Source of the DNA: Eledone cirrhosa
Taxonomy: Eukaryota
Assembly (NCBI GenBank): GCA_964016885.1
Contig: OZ024740.1
Location: 35,402,001-35,466,000 of the forward strand
DNA length: 64,000 bases
Direction of reading: 5' to 3'
Below are positions 59,291-64,000 of this stretch, one piece after another. Under the pieces are notes generated by a model. It saw nothing but the letters and a program-made list of their open reading frames with translations. It ran no database searches and was not told the origin of the DNA. A program made the position numbers and the translations under genes. Every line of letters begins with the position of its first letter. Positions within the stretch are counted from its first letter, which is position 1.

Positions 59291-59697
59291 GTGTGGGAAA
59301 GGGACAGTTGAACCATCCCTTTGGCTGGTCATGGGTGTCTCCAAGATGATGTCGGTGTATATCCTTTTGGTAACTGACCCTCTGAAGTCTCGAACTGCGT
59401 TGGGGAATTTTTCTTTTAAATCTTTATAATGTTCTATTTTAATTTCAATAATAATAATAATGATAATATATATATATTTAGCAGGCAAGTTTCAAGATTT
59501 ATACTATGTATAGTATATGCATGTAAATATCGGTCAATATTTATCACATATACCCATACATACACATACTCACACACAAACACGCATGCACACATACACT
59601 CGCACGCAGATGAACACGCGTGCGGACACGTAAACCAAACACAAAATAGAGCAATGTGAATTATATTAAAATTGTACTAAATTTATTCTATTTTCAG

Positions 59698-59811
59698 GGT
59701 TTAATGGGTATCATTCTTGGCAGTTTCAATTTAGGTAACTCAGGTCCTGCTTTTCAAAACCTTTTTACTGCTCAGGTAGCTGCTTACAACATTTTCAACA
59801 TTATAGACGAG
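59698..59811 (+). CDS. ABCB1: ABCB1-like exon (GLMGIILGSFNLGNSGPAFQNLFTAQVAAYNIFNIIDE; TM6); gene continues beyond the window
   Basis: TTTTCAG acceptor and GTACGC donor; G.F.LG...P....A..AA..IF.IID motif; 114 nt. Confidence 0.93.
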
Positions 59812-59909
59812 GTACGCAAAATATTTTACGTGTTTTTCTCCATAATATATATTCTATTATATATTATATATACTATATGATATAAAATATACCTCCATTG
59901 TTTATATAT

Positions 59910-59976
<67 letters not shown>

Positions 59977-59983
59977 AGAAAAA

Positions 59984-60800
59984 TGTTGCACATAGGTTAC
60001 ATATGAATAAAATTAGTCCTTCATCAGTGATCTTCCAACCCTCATTGTTATTTCATCGCTTTAAAAATCATATACCTCTGGTTGGTGCGAGCAATAACTA
60101 AATAAAGTTGTTGGGACAAGTGAAACAGGGTGAAACGAGCGTGACATGTAAACAAACAACGATGGTATTGCAACGGAAAGATAGGAAGAGACAAGTACAT
60201 GATATCTATAAGCTTAAGCTTGGTGAATTCATGGACGAGAGATACAGACCATCCGACATGGGTGAGATGTGAGCGAGAAAAGGATTTCACACAGGTCAAA
60301 CGGGAGGAAGTGAGAGAGGGGAGAAGCAGAGAGTAAGTGAGTGGAAGTGTGAGGAAGAGGCCAGCCGAGAGAGAGTGTGACTGGCAGAGGGAATAAAAAG
60401 AAGGTGAGAGATACAGAGAGAAGGGAAGCAGTAAGAAAGAAACAGACATTCGCAGCTGAGGAAAAAATATAAATATAAGAAAAATGGAGTGGTGCGTGGT
60501 TGCACATGGGTTACATATGAATAAAATGAGTCCTTCATCAGTGATCTTCCAACTGTATCTCTCGTCCATGAATTCACCAAGCTTAAGCTTATAGATATCA
60601 TGTACTTGTCTCTTCCTATCTTTCCGTTGCATTACCATCGTTGTTTGTTTACATATCTCGCTCATTTCATCCTATTTCACTTGTCCCAATAATTTTATTT
60701 AGTTATTGCTCGCACAAACCAGAGGTATATGATTTTTAAAACGATGAAATACCAATGAAAGTTGGAAGATCACTGATGAAGGACTAATTTTATTCATATA
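59984..60800. repeat. Direct plus inverted repeat block (Penelope pseudo-LTR-like)
   Basis: 59984-60037 repeats at 60498-60552; 60001-60247 is inverted at 60553-60799; 60001-60318 is inverted again at 63416-63733. Confidence 0.9.
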
Positions 60801-60819
60801 TATATATATGTACTATAGT

Positions 60820-63320
60820 TAAAACAGAAAACAAAAAAACAAATACAAAGCGAAGAGGCAGTACAAAGTGTTTATATTAGGTTCACGCTTGAGAGTGGGG
60901 GTTGGGGACGACGTTTCGGGCATAAGCCCTTCACCAGGAGAAAAGTGGACAGGAAAAGAGTTCCGAGGGTGTGAGGGGGAGTGATAGAAAGACATTAAAA
61001 GGGGGGAGGGAGGAAAAAACACTTTTTAGAGAGTAAAAAAATATTAAAATGAAACAAGTGGTGAAATGGTATGAGGCGTGTAGGGGTGGTGGTGGGTGGA
61101 TGGACGAGGAGAGGGGAGAGGGAGACGGGGGCTCCGAGCGGGGAGGGCGTAAGGTGGTGTGTGTGTATGTGTGTAGGTGTACGTGTGTGTGTGTGTGTGT
61201 GGATGTGAATGTGAGAGTTTGGGGAAGAACGAGGTTCCATGTTCGGATAATAGGGAAACCAGTGTGTACATGGGGTGTAAGTCAGTGTGTGTGCGTGTGG
61301 AGAGGGGTCAGAGGGTGGGGGAGAAGGGGCGTGTGGAGTCCGGAGACTGAGTGTGTGTATGTAAGGATACGCATGTATGTGTGTGTTTTTGTGTGGTGTG
61401 GATGTATGGTTGCGTGGTGCGAAAATAGTGTAAGTGTTTGTGTGTGTGTTCTTGGATGTTTTTTCCGCGGAGTGTAGGAACGGATGTTGAAAATTCTGAG
61501 TGTAGCAGGGTGGATACCTGGAGCGGTGGACCGATGGTGTAGAATCCTAGGTATAGTAATGAGGAAGTAGAAAGTTGTGGGATGCGCGCGCGACAGGAAG
61601 TGGTCAGAGGGTCAAGACAGGGCGAAGGATGTGGAAGGGAGGAAGGATATAGCAGTAGGAAGGTGACAAGCAGGCAGTGTAGGGAATAGGCAGACGGACA
61701 GGTGTTAGAGATGGTCTGTATGTGGTGTGGAATCTGTGTATGTGTGTGCGGAGGTGCGGTGGACAAGGGAGGGGATGGGTATGTGTGGAAGGTTGAGGGA
61801 GAGGGTGGCGGTGTGGGGACGTTGTGTGTATATTAGTGGAGGTGTTAGTGGGATGTGTGTGTGTGTGTGTGGGGAGGGGGATGTTGGTAGTGCGGGGAGA
61901 GAGAGAGAGAAGGTGCTGGGGACGGTATGAGGGACTGTAATGTACTGGCGTGTGTGTGTGTGTTAGAGTGGGTGTTAGTATTATTGGTGGTGGGGCGTTT
62001 GAATGCGGGTGTGGAGTGAGGTTAGTGGTGGTAGTGTGGGTGTGGAGTGGCTGGTGTATCGGGGTGTACGTGGGTGTGGGTGGGGGTTAGTGGTAGTAGT
62101 AGGGTGTGTGAATAGTGTGAGTGAGTGTATATATGTACTGGTGTGTGTGTGTGTGTGTTGAAGGTATGGGTGCGCCTGTGATAGGGGGAGGGGTGGGGGT
62201 GTTAGTATTATTAGTTGTGGGGTGGGCCAAGAGGGTGGGGAATGGCTGTAGTGGAGGGGATAGGGAAACTTGGGATTGTTTTAGTGGTGTTAGTAGGGGG
62301 TTGTGTAGGGGAGGGGACGGTCGAAGGCTAAAGGAAGAGTGGTGGGGAGTTCAGGCCGGGTGTATGTGGGTAGTAGGAGGAAGATGGTGTGTTGCTTGAC
62401 CGTCAGGTGGGTGGCGGGTGTCCCATGGCATTGGATCAGGCCACAGACGGTGAGGTGGTGGGCGGAATGTCTACGGGAACCAAATTGGCGGGCGATGGGG
62501 GAACTCCCGCCGAGAGGAATATCTTGGAGGTGCTCCGTACACCGATCCGCCAGGCGACGACCGGTCTGTCCGACGTAGGTTGTGCTGCACTCCCTGCAGC
62601 GAACTCCATAGACGAGGTTGGAGGAGGTGCAGCGGAAGGTGTGCCGGACAGAGAGAGAGTGGCCGTTGGGACCCTGGAAGGTGGTGGTGTTGGTGATGTG
62701 GGGGCAGGTGTGGCAGCGAGGTCTGGAGCAGAGAAGGGAACCGGGAGGAAACGGGGGTAGGGATCTGCGGACGAAAAGGGAGCGGAGGTTGCGCGCGCGT
62801 TTGAAGGAAGGGAGGGTGGTGATGGGAAGATGGGGGAGGTGGAGGGGCATGGAGGAGGGGTGGTAGGTGAGGGGGAACGGGAGACGGTGGGTGGGGGCGC
62901 GGGGTTGTGAGGTGAGCGTGGTGGAGCGGTGGATTGCGCGGGCGCGAGCGAAGGCGGCGTGGACGAGGGAGGGGGTAACCTCTCCGGATGAAATGGCTGA
63001 CTAGAGACAGTCTCGATGTTAGCATCTCGACTGCAGAGACGGCGGATCCGGAGGAGTTGGAAGTAAGGAATGGAGTGTTTGATGTGTGTAGGGTGGGAGG
63101 AGGTGAAGTCGAGGTAGGAGTGGGAGGAGGTGGGTTTGAAGAAGGCGGAGGTGACGAGGGAGCGGTGTGAGGGGTCGATGGAGACGGATATGTCCAAGAA
63201 GTGGACGTGGATGGCGGAGATAGAGGTGATAAAGTGGAGGGAGGGGTGGAAGGAGCAGAAGAAGGAGAGAAACGAGTCGAGCTGGTCTCGTGGTTCCGAT
63301 GCAGTCGTCGATGTACCGAA
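60820..63320 (-). mobile_element. 5'-truncated Neptune-type Penelope-like element
   Basis: FLDISV..FKPT.SH.YL...S.HP...K.SIPY.Q.LR.RRLCS; CSRPRCHTC linker; C.SSNLVY...C..C...YVGQT.R.L..R..EH (GIY-YIG). Confidence 0.88.
60905..60940 (-). ncRNA. Minimal hammerhead motif with a core substitution (CTGGTGA)
   Basis: Reverse strand: CTGGTGA-AGGGC-TTAT-GCCC-GAAAC-GTC. Confidence 0.6.
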
Positions 63321-63360
63321 GGTCTCAACATTTCGGACGCTAGTCCTTCATCAGAAGAAA
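63321..63360 (-). ncRNA. Minimal hammerhead motif
   Basis: Reverse strand: CTT-CTGATGA-AGGAC-TAGC-GTCC-GAAA-TGTTGAG. Confidence 0.6.
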
Positions 63361-63744
63361 GAATGAAAAATAAGATAGATTGAGGGGACGGGTGGGTTGG
63401 AATTGGAAAAAATGTCTCTCTCACTTCCTCCCGTTTGACCTGTGTGAAATCCTTTTCTCGCTCACATCTCACCCATGTCGGATGGTCTGTATCTCTCGTC
63501 CATGAATTCACCAAGCTTAAGATTACAGATATCATGTACTTGTCTCTTCCTATCTTTCCGTTACAATACCATCGTTGTTTGTTTACATGTCTCGCTCGTT
63601 TCACCCTATTTCCCTTGTCCCAATAACTTTATTTAGTTATTGCTCGCTCCAACCAGAGGTATATGATTTTTAAAGCGATGAAATACCAATGAAAGTTGGA
63701 AGATCACTGATGAAGGACTAATTTTATTCATATATATATATATA

Positions 63745-63823
<79 letters not shown>

Positions 63824-63881
63824 ACATTTTTTTCCAATTCCAACCCGCCCGTGCCCTCAGTCTGTCCTATTTCTCATTCAT

Positions 63882-63918
63882 GCTTCTGATGAAAGACTAG
63901 CGTCCGAAACGTTAAGAC
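63882..63918 (+). ncRNA. Minimal hammerhead motif (inverted copy of 63321-63360)
   Basis: CTT-CTGATGA-AAGAC-TAGC-GTCC-GAAAC-GTTA-AG, with palindromic AACGTT as stem III. Confidence 0.7.
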
Positions 63919-64000
63919 CCTGTTCCTGCTATATCAAGTGTTAACCTAATATACCCCTTCCATATACTGTACCGATTGTGTTGTTATTTCTGTTTACCTT

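Noticed and set aside
62436-63604. Long Pro/His-rich ORFs (253 and 377 aa)
   Set aside because: Frameshifted or alternative frames of the C-rich Neptune PLE, not a host gene.

Overview
Repeat-dense, AT-rich eukaryotic genomic DNA. The SINE types, dinucleotide microsatellite load and LINE content suggest an octopus or other coleoid cephalopod; this is an inference, not verified. One host gene is supported: the 5' half (TMD1) of a divergent ABCB1/P-glycoprotein-like ABC transporter on the + strand. It has 8 phase-consistent GT-AG exons between 16.9 and 59.8 kb and continues beyond the window. Everything else is repeat. 1-1.7 kb is a ~48-bp satellite. 1.7-15.3 kb is a nest of R4/Dong-type (RLE) LINEs and short, internally deleted RTE derivatives, all joined to (CATA)n/(TATG)n microsatellite with strict strand polarity. 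The introns hold four Penelope-like elements with hammerhead-ribozyme motifs, a decayed L1/Tx1 element, hAT, mariner and Helitron relics, many SINEs, a 46-bp tandem array and several near-perfect inverted repeats. The best leads are a microsatellite-targeted Dong/RTE 'ecosystem', a shared 3' tail between the SINEs and the Tx1 LINE, and the hammerhead-bearing Penelope repeats. No prokaryotic system or CRISPR array is supported. Coordinates were counted by eye, so repeat boundaries are approximate.
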